Of a DNA stretch of 64,000 bases, positions 38,397 through 49,277 are shown piece by piece. Each line of letters starts with the position of its first letter. Position 1 is the stretch's first letter. The notes beneath the pieces are model-generated. The model saw only the letters and a program-made list of their open reading frames with translations. It searched no databases and had not been told where the DNA came from. This stretch comes from an uncultured Candidatus Saccharibacteria bacterium. GTDB lineage: Bacteria; Patescibacteriota; Minisyncoccia; Phycocordibacterales; DAORIS01. A program made the position numbers and the translations under genes. The DNA lies in the NCBI GenBank assembly GCA_964644035.1, contig CAZXUH010000001.1, positions 393,093 through 457,092 of the forward strand, written 5' to 3'.

Positions 38397-38825
38397 TTAC
38401 TTCTCGAGCAACTCTTTCATCTTAGCGAGCACTGCTCCCCAGTTGCCTTCGGAATGCTTTGCGCTTTCTGGCGTATCTACGTTTTCTTGTTTAATAGTAA
38501 GTTTGGTACCACCATCTTCTGGAGCAAGGATATAAGAGACAACTTGATGATTTTCAGGCAGGTCAGGCAATGCTAAAAAATTGCTGTGATAGGTGCTGAC
38601 AAGAAGTTTCTCTGGTTCTATTTCTAGAATCGTACCTTTGTCGGTATATGCCTTCCCTTCCCAGACTCCCGTATACGTAAGTGAGCTGCCTACTTTCCAA
38701 TCCGAAGATACGTCGGTACCAAACAGATATTGTTTGACCATTGCCGGATCGGTCAATGCTTTCCAGACTTCTGCTGCTGATGCATTGATATGAATCTCTG
38801 CTTTTGCTACGTTTGGATATTTCAT
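38397..38825 (-). CDS. SRPBCC-superfamily protein (AHSA1/activator of Hsp90 ATPase-like)
   Basis: AEIHINASAAEVWKALTDPAMVKQYLFG... matches AHSA1-like SRPBCC proteins. Confidence 0.7.
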   Translation of the reverse strand: MKYPNVAKAEIHINASAAEVWKALTDPAMVKQYLFGTDVSSDWKVGSSLTYTGVWEGKAYTDKGTILEIEPEKLLVSTYHSNFLALPDLPENHQVVSYILAPEDGGTKLTIKQENVDTPESAKHSEGNWGAVLAKMKELLEK

Positions 38826-38941
38826 ATGTTTGAATTTATTTATCTACTTCATTTTTATTGTAACTCAATACTACCCTGTCACCTATTTAGACTTTTTTAA
38901 GTAAAACTGATAGCGTAGATTTAAACAACAAGGAGTTCTTT

Positions 38942-39223
38942 ATGGAAGCAGAAGAGGTACGACGTGTCATCGAAACATATCGTCGAAAATTCGTAGAAAT
39001 GAAGGTTGGGAAAACCAGATTTCCTCATGAAAAAGTCCTGACCGATCAACAACTCGGTTTCGAGCACTGCCATTGGATGCTTGATGAAATGGAGGGCTTT
39101 ATCAAAGAAGAAAGGATGGATAAGGTCAATCGCTGGCTCGGTTTCATCCAAGGCTTTCTGTGGTCAAACCAAGTATATGCCCTTACTGAAATGATGAATC
39201 ACAATCGTAACCAGAAAAAGTAG
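38942..39223 (+). CDS. Hypothetical protein (93 aa)
   Basis: ORF only. Confidence 0.35.
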   Translation: MEAEEVRRVIETYRRKFVEMKVGKTRFPHEKVLTDQQLGFEHCHWMLDEMEGFIKEERMDKVNRWLGFIQGFLWSNQVYALTEMMNHNRNQKK

Positions 39224-39261
39224 ATTTCAAACATCTCCGTCCGAGCAATCGGACGGTTTTT

Positions 39262-39729
39262 TTATTTCAATAACTTTTCTATCATTTCCAATTCCTCGTA
39301 TATACCGGCGATAAGATCGAGTTCTTTTGCTTCTTTGAGACCTACCCATCGATATTCGACAGCGTCTTCATCGAGCTTCACTTCTCCCGAAACATATGGA
39401 GAATAGTAGCTCAAGACCAAAACCGGAATAGCATCAGGACGAATAAATGTCAGATCAAGTAAATACGTCGCCTTTCCTATTTCAACATTTACTTCTTCTT
39501 TCACTTCCCTCCGAAGAGCTGCTTCAACGGCACCATACCACGCACCCATTCCTTCTGTTTGAGGACCGTGCATATAATCATCGACATTGAGACCACCTCC
39601 CGGCACTGTCCATTTATTGGGATGCACTTTCTTCGACGGACTTCTTTTTGTCACCAAAAACTTTCCCTCTTTGTTGTAGATAATACAAGTGATCGCTATC
39701 CTATGTAATTCCTTATCCTTGATTTCCAT
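39262..39729 (-). CDS. NUDIX hydrolase
   Basis: Nudix box GGGLNVDDY...EAALRREVKEEVNVEI. Confidence 0.8.
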   Translation of the reverse strand: MEIKDKELHRIAITCIIYNKEGKFLVTKRSPSKKVHPNKWTVPGGGLNVDDYMHGPQTEGMGAWYGAVEAALRREVKEEVNVEIGKATYLLDLTFIRPDAIPVLVLSYYSPYVSGEVKLDEDAVEYRWVGLKEAKELDLIAGIYEELEMIEKLLK

Positions 39730-39747
39730 AAATGCATTTTAGCACGA

Positions 39748-40317
39748 CTAATTTTTAATCATGACTGCCTTAAAACCAAGCTCATCAGCAAGATTCCTAA
39801 CCAAATCTGAAACAGTTACACCCTTCTTCCCAGCACGATATTCCGCCTGAATTGGGTCATTTACTGAAACGATCCTTTCTTGAATAGATTTAATACCTAT
39901 ATCACCCATTACTTTATTTTTAATAACATCAAATATGATTGACTGAATATTGAGTGGCGTACCCGACAAAAAATTTTCAATGGTTGGTTCAAGTTTTCTT
40001 CTTATAATTGAATGGACATTTTTGAGAGGGATACAATCAATATAAAATGATGGACCTACTAGTTTCGGGTTTCCATAATCATTTTTCTTAATTACCCAAT
40101 CATCTGGTACTTTTATTTCCTTAGGATTTTCTACAATAAAATCAAGATCAGCATTCTTAGACATCGGAACTCCATATATATTTTCAACAATACTTCTAAA
40201 CACAAAGCCTCCCATTAACCATATTCCACCCTCTGAATTTTTCTTAATAATTTCCACGGCTTCCTTGAATTCAGGATATGTATTCGCAATATTAAGAAAT
40301 GATTCTGTGTAATCCAT
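39748..40317 (-). CDS. Hypothetical protein, possibly a nucleotidyltransferase fold (GG...DLDFIV)
   Basis: WLMGGFVFRSIVENIYGVPMSKNADLDFIV resembles a Pol-beta-type hG[GS]...DxD motif, but the spacing is atypical. Confidence 0.35.
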   Translation of the reverse strand: MDYTESFLNIANTYPEFKEAVEIIKKNSEGGIWLMGGFVFRSIVENIYGVPMSKNADLDFIVENPKEIKVPDDWVIKKNDYGNPKLVGPSFYIDCIPLKNVHSIIRRKLEPTIENFLSGTPLNIQSIIFDVIKNKVMGDIGIKSIQERIVSVNDPIQAEYRAGKKGVTVSDLVRNLADELGFKAVMIKN

Positions 40318-40320
40318 TAT

Positions 40321-40923
40321 TCATTTCTTAAGTATAATCTCCAACCATCCTTGTCCTCTCAAATTCACTGATTCACTTTTAATAAAAACAAATTGCTTTG
40401 CAATATCTTTGATATCCTGCAATGAATAGTGGTAATACGTCCTAATTCCAAATTCATCTTCATTGGTAACTTCAGAATACAGATCAGACTGCTTCATAGA
40501 CATCCTCACCACCCCTCCAGGATTGAGATTCTCAAATATCTGATCAAATACTACTTTTAGATTTTCCTTTGATACATGTATAAGTGAGGCGAAGGCAAAG
40601 ACAACATCAAGATTCTCTGGAAACGTATATGTTTCAACATCAGCAATTTCAAATTTCGCTTGAGGTACTTTTTTGCGAGCAAGTTCGATTAACTTTTCTG
40701 AAATATCTATACCGAGGTAGTCGTTTGTGTGCTTAATTATTTCCTCGACATCACGACCGTTACCACACCCAATTTCAAGTGTTTTAGGATTCTTTTTGTC
40801 GATAAGCGCAAATGTTTCTTTTATGTCATTTACTCTCGCACCCAATGTATCAAACTTCAATGCAAGCACATCTGCGCTTTTATTGTATGTATCGGTTGTT
40901 TGAGCTTTTTTACCCTCGAGCAT
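40321..40923 (-). CDS. Class I SAM-dependent methyltransferase
   Basis: Motif I LEIGCGNGRD, post-I DISEKL, ..PGGVV... Confidence 0.8.
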   Translation of the reverse strand: MLEGKKAQTTDTYNKSADVLALKFDTLGARVNDIKETFALIDKKNPKTLEIGCGNGRDVEEIIKHTNDYLGIDISEKLIELARKKVPQAKFEIADVETYTFPENLDVVFAFASLIHVSKENLKVVFDQIFENLNPGGVVRMSMKQSDLYSEVTNEDEFGIRTYYHYSLQDIKDIAKQFVFIKSESVNLRGQGWLEIILKK

Positions 40924-41100
40924 TTATTGGTCCTTAGACTCAGCTTTGAGATAAAACCAAGAAGTTGCCGGACCAATGAGAGCAGCCCATATGTACAACC
41001 ATGTATCTTCATAACCATTGGCTGCCCAGACTACAGCAAGCACTACCCCTGTCACGACATAGATTGCTACGAGCATTTTTTTAGCAGATTGTGGTGTCAT
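40924..41100 (-). CDS. Small (58 aa) membrane protein. It is not in the ORF track (<60 aa); its stop abuts the methyltransferase start.
   Basis: Hand translation: MTPQSAKKMLVAIYVVTGVVLAVVWAANGYEDTWLYIWAALIGPATSWFYLKAESKDQ*. Confidence 0.35.
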   Translation of the reverse strand: MTPQSAKKMLVAIYVVTGVVLAVVWAANGYEDTWLYIWAALIGPATSWFYLKAESKDQ

Positions 41101-41154
41101 ATATTTTATTTATTCTTTTCAAGACTCTTACATTTTATCACTTTTCAACAGCAG

Positions 41155-41244
41155 TGGCGGAGAGAGAGGGATTCGAACCCTCGGTACCGTTACCAGCACA
41201 CAGTCTTTCCAGGACTGCCGATTAAACCACTCTCGCATCTCTCC
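41155..41244 (-). tRNA. tRNA-Ser, anticodon GGA, long variable arm, CCA encoded
   Basis: Reverse complement: GGAGAGATGCGAGAGTGGTTTAATCGGCAGTCCTGGAAAGACTGTGTGCTGGTAACGGTACCGAGGGTTCGAATCCCTCTCTCTCCGCCA. Confidence 0.85.
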
Positions 41245-41300
41245 ATACATGAGCTCACATACTATAACAAAAATCCTCTGATTGAAATCAGAGGATTAAA

Positions 41301-41374
41301 TTGGGATGGCAGGGTTCGAACCTGCAACCTCCACACGCTGTGGCGCTCTACCGGTCTTATTGAGCTACACCCCG
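41301..41374 (-). tRNA. tRNA-like gene with canonical acceptor, D-arm and T-arm (GGTTCGAAC) but an aberrant, short anticodon arm. Identity unclear: Arg-like variable region AGGTT and a C1:A72 mismatch. Possible pseudogene.
   Basis: Reverse complement: CGGGGTGTAGCTCAATAAGACCGGTAGAGCGCCACAGCGTGTGGAGGTTGCAGGTTCGAACCCTGCCATCCCAA. I could not fold a 7-nt anticodon loop by eye. Confidence 0.4.
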
Positions 41375-41435
41375 GGCGATCTCTACAGAGTCTAGCACAA
41401 CAAAATAGCGAGTAAAGAATTTAAGTAATAAGAGT

Positions 41436-42326
41436 CTAGACTGACAAACCACGAAGGATTTTGACTCTTTCAGCCACCGGAGGATGGGTTGAAAAAAGAT
41501 TTGAGAGTTTTTTGGTAGGACCAAAAGGATTGGAGATAAAAAGGTGTGCTGTCGCTTCATTGACTCGCTTCATAGGCTGGCCGTAACCAGAGATTTTTTC
41601 GAGCGCAGACGCAAGACCTTCTGGGTAACGTGTCATAAGTGCACCGGTAGCATCGGCCAGATATTCACGCTTGCGAGAAATTGCAAACTGAATGAGTGTA
41701 GCGACGATCGGAGAGAGGATAACAAAAATAATACCAACAATCATGATAAGAGGATGACCGCCCTTGCTGTCACGATCACGTCCCCCACCCAAATGCATCG
41801 TTCTCAAAAAGAAATTGGCCAGTATGGAAATAAAACCAACCAGCACGACGACAACCGTTGCTATCAACGTATCTCGATTGCCAATATGGGCCATTTCATG
41901 GGCAATCACGCCCTCAAGCTCGGTTTTGCTAAGCATTTGCAGCAATCCTTGCGTCACCGCTACCGCTGCATGATCTTTATTTCTGCCGGTTGCAAAAGCA
42001 TTGGGTGCCTGATCGGGTATGACGTAGACCTTAGGCATAGGCAAACCAGCGGTTATAGAAAGATTTTCGACGACATTGTAGAGATCAGGATGACTTTCAT
42101 TGGTCACCAGTATTGCCTTGTACATCGACAAAACGATTTTGTCCGAATACCAATAACTAACGATATTCATAATGACGCTGAAAAACGCAAAGATATATAA
42201 GATTCCAGGATTGTTATAGGCATAGCTTATATACCACCCAAGTCCAATGATAAGAATGAGAAATGCCGACATGAAAAACCATGTCTTGGCGATATTGCTA
42301 CTTTGATGTGTATAAAGTGTTGCCAT
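41436..42326 (-). CDS. htpX: Zinc metalloprotease HtpX (M48 family)
   Basis: HEMAHIGNRD zinc motif and multiple TM helices. Confidence 0.85.
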   Translation of the reverse strand: MATLYTHQSSNIAKTWFFMSAFLILIIGLGWYISYAYNNPGILYIFAFFSVIMNIVSYWYSDKIVLSMYKAILVTNESHPDLYNVVENLSITAGLPMPKVYVIPDQAPNAFATGRNKDHAAVAVTQGLLQMLSKTELEGVIAHEMAHIGNRDTLIATVVVVLVGFISILANFFLRTMHLGGGRDRDSKGGHPLIMIVGIIFVILSPIVATLIQFAISRKREYLADATGALMTRYPEGLASALEKISGYGQPMKRVNEATAHLFISNPFGPTKKLSNLFSTHPPVAERVKILRGLSV

Positions 42327-42328
42327 AA

Positions 42329-44152
42329 TTAACTTGCTCCTCCGCCACCACCTCCCCCGCCTCCGCCTGCCCCACCACCGCCACCAGAGGCACCAGTACC
42401 AGTAGACGTTGCAAAAGCAGAAGAGAAACTAGAACTAAACGATGCAGAAAATGCCGATGCTGAGAAACCAGGCGATACCGATCCAGAACCATCTACATGA
42501 GCAACCATTATTCCAGGATGAGGAGTAACATACCAGTTTGGTGCCTGCATATTGATCGTTTCAAAAGCCTTGGCCCATTTCTTCTCTATTCCAAACACCA
42601 TAGCGTATGGAAGATATTTTTCAAAGAGATCTGGTGTCAGGTTTTGCAAACGATATTTCTCGGCTGTTTCTAGATACAATCTGAAACCCAGAATCTTTCT
42701 TTTCAGCTCATTGCCTTCTGCATTGAGACGAGTAGCAAACTTTATCCTATATATCGTTCCTAGACCAAGCACAAGCAGAGTTACCAAAAAGATTACTATC
42801 TGAGGAAATTTGTTTTCAAACATGCCTGGCATTTTTGTAGAAAATGCCCCAGAAAAACCTGCACCAATAACCAAAGCCAGCATAAGCACCGAAAAGGCTC
42901 GGAGTGACTTAGGTCTTACTACATATCCTTTGGTATCACTGTACGTTTCCTTGTACAAATTCTTTCTGAGCTTATTTATTTTTGTGGCAAAAGCCATTTT
43001 GGAGCCCTGCCCCATTTTACTCAACTCTTTTGTAGAAAACGTATTTTTATTTTCAAAAAGAACACTGAGAAAACTTTTTTCATAGTCTTCAAGAGTCTGA
43101 TCGTCTGAAAACGATTTTATATTTTCTACCGTATAGTGCTTGCTGCCAAGAGGCATTTTAAATAAACCTAGATTCAAACTCGATGGTGCTTCTTCGGTTA
43201 TTTTGAGATATCCACGCACAGCAAGATCCACAATCGTTGCTGGCCAGGTTTTACCTCCTATAAATGTTTTAGCCACTACTTCAGCTTCAGCTGGACGAAT
43301 ATTGTTGGGTGGTTCATATTCTGCTACTATCGTGCGCGAATGGAGCTGTTTCCAGACCTTGAAATACCAAAACAGAAACAAGAAGACAATAAAAGAGACA
43401 ATCATCACTATTGCAGCCAAAAATCCCCAATAAATAGTGAGGAAACTTTTCCAATATGCAGACTGGTCGATCAATCCTTTGGGCCAACCAAATGCAATAG
43501 TCAGAGCAGTATCAGGAACAATATTTTTTGCTTCAAAAAATGCTCTGCGATTGTCGACTATACGATATGACGGATCGGTAGAACCAACGTCATATATACT
43601 TCCTTGAAGATCGCTGACGGAGAAATTGTTCTCCGGAATCCTAACTGTAGCCGTGACCTGGTCGATAGGCACGTCGTAGCCACCAAAAAGATTCCAATAG
43701 ATTTCATCATGATCGTTGTAAAAACTAATACCACCCCAGACTTTGTATTCTATGATCCATGTATGCGACGTGTCAGCAAGATCGTAATACCAGTCTATAT
43801 ATATCGAACTATTTTTACGATAGTGTGTATATTTTCCCCAACTTGAAGGCTCAAGTTTGTCGAGAGATTTTGAACTGTATTCAAGTGGTTCCCCAGTTTC
43901 AGCATCTATGACCTTAATGTCGGTAATAGCATCTATTTTATTGAGAGGAATAAAACGTTGGCCTTGGTGATATTCGCCGACAAATTCATAGACTTGCCTT
44001 TCTTGGACAGTAAACGTCGAGTCAGCCTGTACCTCTATAGCATAGTCAATAGAATCGTAGTGATACGATCTGTTTTGATTTTGCGCTGCTGCTATCGAAA
44101 ATAAACCGAAAGTCAGCGCAACAAGGCTAACAACGACGGTTATTTTTTTCAT
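42329..44152 (-). CDS. DUF2207-family membrane protein with a C-terminal poly-Gly tail
   Basis: The signal peptide, large extracytoplasmic domain, TM helices and C-terminal SGGGGGAGGGGGGGGGGAS give the typical DUF2207 architecture next to LemA. Confidence 0.7.
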   Translation of the reverse strand: MKKITVVVSLVALTFGLFSIAAAQNQNRSYHYDSIDYAIEVQADSTFTVQERQVYEFVGEYHQGQRFIPLNKIDAITDIKVIDAETGEPLEYSSKSLDKLEPSSWGKYTHYRKNSSIYIDWYYDLADTSHTWIIEYKVWGGISFYNDHDEIYWNLFGGYDVPIDQVTATVRIPENNFSVSDLQGSIYDVGSTDPSYRIVDNRRAFFEAKNIVPDTALTIAFGWPKGLIDQSAYWKSFLTIYWGFLAAIVMIVSFIVFLFLFWYFKVWKQLHSRTIVAEYEPPNNIRPAEAEVVAKTFIGGKTWPATIVDLAVRGYLKITEEAPSSLNLGLFKMPLGSKHYTVENIKSFSDDQTLEDYEKSFLSVLFENKNTFSTKELSKMGQGSKMAFATKINKLRKNLYKETYSDTKGYVVRPKSLRAFSVLMLALVIGAGFSGAFSTKMPGMFENKFPQIVIFLVTLLVLGLGTIYRIKFATRLNAEGNELKRKILGFRLYLETAEKYRLQNLTPDLFEKYLPYAMVFGIEKKWAKAFETINMQAPNWYVTPHPGIMVAHVDGSGSVSPGFSASAFSASFSSSFSSAFATSTGTGASGGGGGAGGGGGGGGGGAS

Positions 44153-44713
44153 TTAGAATTTTACTTCGACTGGATTTCGAGCTGCCGCATCTGCCTCACC
44201 AAGCTCAAAGAATGGCATTTTTTCAAAATGGAAGATGTTTGCAATAACGTTTGAAGGGAAAGATTCGACAGAAATATTCAAATCACGAACATTGCCATTG
44301 TAAAAGCGTCGTGACGCCTGGACCTTATTTTCTGTATCAGAAAGTTCTCTCTGGAGTTCTAGGAAATTCTGATTGGCCTTGAGATCAGGATATGCTTCGG
44401 CGATAGCGAAGACAGACTTAAGTGCTCCAGTGAGCATGTTTTCTGCTTTTGACTTATCTTCAACAGAACCAGCCGACATAGCCTGGCTACGAGCTTTGGT
44501 AACATTTTCAAAAGCACTCGATTCGTGAGTGGCATAGCCTTTAACGGTGTTGACGAGGTTTGGAATCAAGTCATAACGGCGCTTGAGCTGTACGTCGATA
44601 TCAGCCCATGCTTCTTTAGTGCGGGCAATCAGTCGTACGAAATGGTTGTATGAAGCCGCAAACCAAATGGCCACAACAACGATTATTCCGAAGAAAATGA
44701 ATATTACGATCAT
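44153..44713 (-). CDS. lemA: LemA family protein
   Basis: The N-terminal TM plus ..RRYDLIPNLVNTVKGYATHE..SRRFYNGNVRDLN.. match LemA. Confidence 0.85.
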   Translation of the reverse strand: MIVIFIFFGIIVVVAIWFAASYNHFVRLIARTKEAWADIDVQLKRRYDLIPNLVNTVKGYATHESSAFENVTKARSQAMSAGSVEDKSKAENMLTGALKSVFAIAEAYPDLKANQNFLELQRELSDTENKVQASRRFYNGNVRDLNISVESFPSNVIANIFHFEKMPFFELGEADAAARNPVEVKF

Positions 44714-44773
44714 ATGTTTGTGTTAATCTATATTATTACACCAGGAGTATAGCATTTATTCCAGTTTTTCTCA

Positions 44774-45052
44774 TCAAGCCAGAGTTTCCCGCAAATGCTT
44801 TTTATGGATAGCGTTTTCCATGAGACTATTGACGTTATCTGACACATCTCTCAATTCAGACTTTACATTCGACAAATCTGTTTTAATAAATGACACATCA
44901 GACTCCAACCTACCCAATCTATTCTCTACCCGTTCAAATCTCGCATCTATTTGCTCGAATCTTTTATCAATCAGAAGAAATTTCTGATCAATTGTATCGA
45001 ATTTTACTTCCAAATACTCATACAGTTTCTTAAATGCTGTTTCAATATTCAT
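44774..45052 (-). CDS. Small coiled-coil hypothetical protein
   Basis: ORF; heptad-rich sequence. Confidence 0.4.
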   Translation of the reverse strand: MNIETAFKKLYEYLEVKFDTIDQKFLLIDKRFEQIDARFERVENRLGRLESDVSFIKTDLSNVKSELRDVSDNVNSLMENAIHKKHLRETLA

Positions 45053-45132
45053 TATTATTTTCTTATTACTCTAATATGCAAAAAGTATTGCATATCGGGT
45101 ATGAAGAATATTTAAAAAAATAATAAAGAGAA

Positions 45133-47095
<1,963 letters not shown>

Positions 47096-47243
47096 ATGCC
47101 AGTGATTATAAGTATGCAAAGGCCCTCTGTCAAAAAAATTGTGTGTTATAGAAATAAAATATTTATGAAGACGAAATTGAAAAATGATGGTATCGAAAGA
47201 AGTTTTACTTTACACTTTCGTCATATCAGCTAAATGCAATGTA

Positions 47244-47918
47244 ATGAGAATACTTGTAATTGATGATGACGAACTACTGACTGACAGTTTGTGTGCTTCA
47301 CTGGAAGCAGAGTCGTTTATCGTCGACTGTGCCCACGATGGAGAAAAAGGTTCGTATATGGCGAGGACCAATTCCTATGATCTTATTATTCTGGACAATA
47401 TTCTTCCCAAACGATCCGGCGTCAAAGTGTGCGAAGAAATACGCGCTTCCGATATCAGCACGCCGATTATCATGCTTTCAATGAAAGATGATCCTCTGTT
47501 TAAATCTTCCCTGCTCAATTCGGGTGCCGACGATTACCTGACCAAACCTTTTTCATTTCAAGAGCTCCTCGCCCGCATCAAGGCCTTGATGCGCAGGCCA
47601 CGCCAGATCAAAAGTGACATTCTCAAAATAGACAATCTCGTCCTCGATAGTGCCAAACAGCAAGTAACACGCGGCAAGAAAGTTATCTACCTGACTCGAA
47701 AAGAATTTTCTTTGCTCGAATACCTATTGCGTCACAAAAACAATGTCGTGTCACGGGGCATGATTATGGAACACGTCTGGAACATCGACACTGATCCCTT
47801 TTCAAATACCATCGAGGCTCATATTCTCAATCTCAGAAAGAAAATCGAGGGACCGAAACAAAGAAAGCTCATTCACAACGTACCAGGCAGAGGTTACAAA
47901 ATCGCGCTCGATCGCTAG
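47244..47918 (+). CDS. OmpR-family response regulator; start taken at MRILVIDDD
   Basis: Receiver domain (DDD...D...K) and a C-terminal winged-helix (..LTRKEFSLLEYLLRH...GRGYKI). Confidence 0.85.
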   Translation: MRILVIDDDELLTDSLCASLEAESFIVDCAHDGEKGSYMARTNSYDLIILDNILPKRSGVKVCEEIRASDISTPIIMLSMKDDPLFKSSLLNSGADDYLTKPFSFQELLARIKALMRRPRQIKSDILKIDNLVLDSAKQQVTRGKKVIYLTRKEFSLLEYLLRHKNNVVSRGMIMEHVWNIDTDPFSNTIEAHILNLRKKIEGPKQRKLIHNVPGRGYKIALDR

Positions 47919-48046
47919 TTTATTTTTCCTTTAACAAATCTACAGCTCGCCTTCATTGCCGAAAGACTATAGTTACCCTGTTACCACGTAACATGGTCGC
48001 AGCCAATAATTCATATTATGATATGGAGCACGAAACATAAGCAAGA

Positions 48047-48847
48047 TTGTTCTTCCTCGTAATGATCAGCATTATCAAAAAAGTTTTGTCATCGCCTCGC
48101 GAACTCTTCCATAAAAGGGTTCGCGAAATGCGTTTTGAGGAAATAGAACAACAAATACAGCGCCTGCAGGCATATGAGAAATTCATCAGTTTTGGAAAAA
48201 TGTCGATGGGAGTATTTCACGACCTATCGAGCCCGCTCACTGCCCTACTTCTAACCATTGAAAGATTACGTAGGTCCACGCATGCTCTGCCAGAAAAAAT
48301 CGAAGGTGAAATAGGCAGACTGACAAAAATTTCCACGACCATCGAACGATTTTTAAAGACCATTCAAAATTCATACAAAGACCAGTCTGTCTGCACCATG
48401 TTCTGCATCAATACTCTCATTCATGATATTTGTGAAATGCTTTCACACAAAAGCACTTCTTTTGGAGTAGATATGGTCTTTTATACAAAAGAAAGAATCA
48501 TCACCGAAGGCAATTATCTCCGACTTCAGCATGTCATTACCAATATCATAAGCAATGCTCTCGATGCTATGGAAGACGCGGACCGACGCAATAAGCGTTT
48601 GAAGATTATCACCAAAAGAGGATCTCTTTTGAGCAAGATACATGTTATAGACAATGGTATTGGTATGAATACAGAAACGGTGTCAAAAATCTTCGAACCA
48701 TTTTTTACTACCAAGCCTGCACATGCCGGTGCTGGTATAGGACTCTGCCAATCTCAGGAAATAATACAAAAAGAATTTGGTGGAAACATATCGGTCAAAA
48801 GCCAAGTCGGCAAAGGAACAATTTTCACTATCACTCTCAAGTCATGA
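48047..48847 (+). CDS. Sensor histidine kinase, apparently cytoplasmic with no TM sensor domain; start uncertain
   Basis: H-box FHDLSSPLTAL; HATPase N/G boxes (NALDAM.., DNGIGM.., GAGIGL). Confidence 0.8.
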   Translation: MFFLVMISIIKKVLSSPRELFHKRVREMRFEEIEQQIQRLQAYEKFISFGKMSMGVFHDLSSPLTALLLTIERLRRSTHALPEKIEGEIGRLTKISTTIERFLKTIQNSYKDQSVCTMFCINTLIHDICEMLSHKSTSFGVDMVFYTKERIITEGNYLRLQHVITNIISNALDAMEDADRRNKRLKIITKRGSLLSKIHVIDNGIGMNTETVSKIFEPFFTTKPAHAGAGIGLCQSQEIIQKEFGGNISVKSQVGKGTIFTITLKS

Positions 48848-48878
48848 CGATGCCTCGTAGCGGGTATATAATAGAGAT

Positions 48879-49277
48879 ATGAATGATCATACATATCCTA
48901 TACTGGAAGAAGAGATAAAGAAGAAACTTTCTCCCGAGGAATACCAAGTGCTCAGACAAAAAGGCACTGAAGCGCCTTTTTCAGGCAAACTTCTCAAGGA
49001 AGATCGCGATGGGATGTTTCGTTGCAAAGTCTGCAACACTCCACTTTTTGCATCTGATGCGAAATTTGATTCTGGTACTGGGTGGCCAAGCTTCGATCAG
49101 GCACTCCCCAATGCCGTAAAGTACACAACCGACAACGAGCATGGTATGAGCCGTACCGAGGTCACTTGTGCAACTTGCGGTTCTCACTTGGGACATGTCT
49201 TCGACGACGGACCGACAAAAACCGGCAAACGTTATTGCCTCAATTCCGTCTGTCTCGATTTTGAACCTCAAAACTAA
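48879..49277 (+). CDS. msrB: Peptide-methionine (R)-S-oxide reductase MsrB
   Basis: CxxC...CxxC zinc site and ..GTGWPSF.. / ..CATCGSHLGHVFDDGP... Confidence 0.9.
   Translation: MNDHTYPILEEEIKKKLSPEEYQVLRQKGTEAPFSGKLLKEDRDGMFRCKVCNTPLFASDAKFDSGTGWPSFDQALPNAVKYTTDNEHGMSRTEVTCATCGSHLGHVFDDGPTKTGKRYCLNSVCLDFEPQN

Noticed and set aside
47096-47243. CIRCE/HrcA operator upstream of groES
   Set aside because: No TTAGCACTC-N9-GAGTGCTAA-like inverted repeat is found in the 150-nt upstream region.
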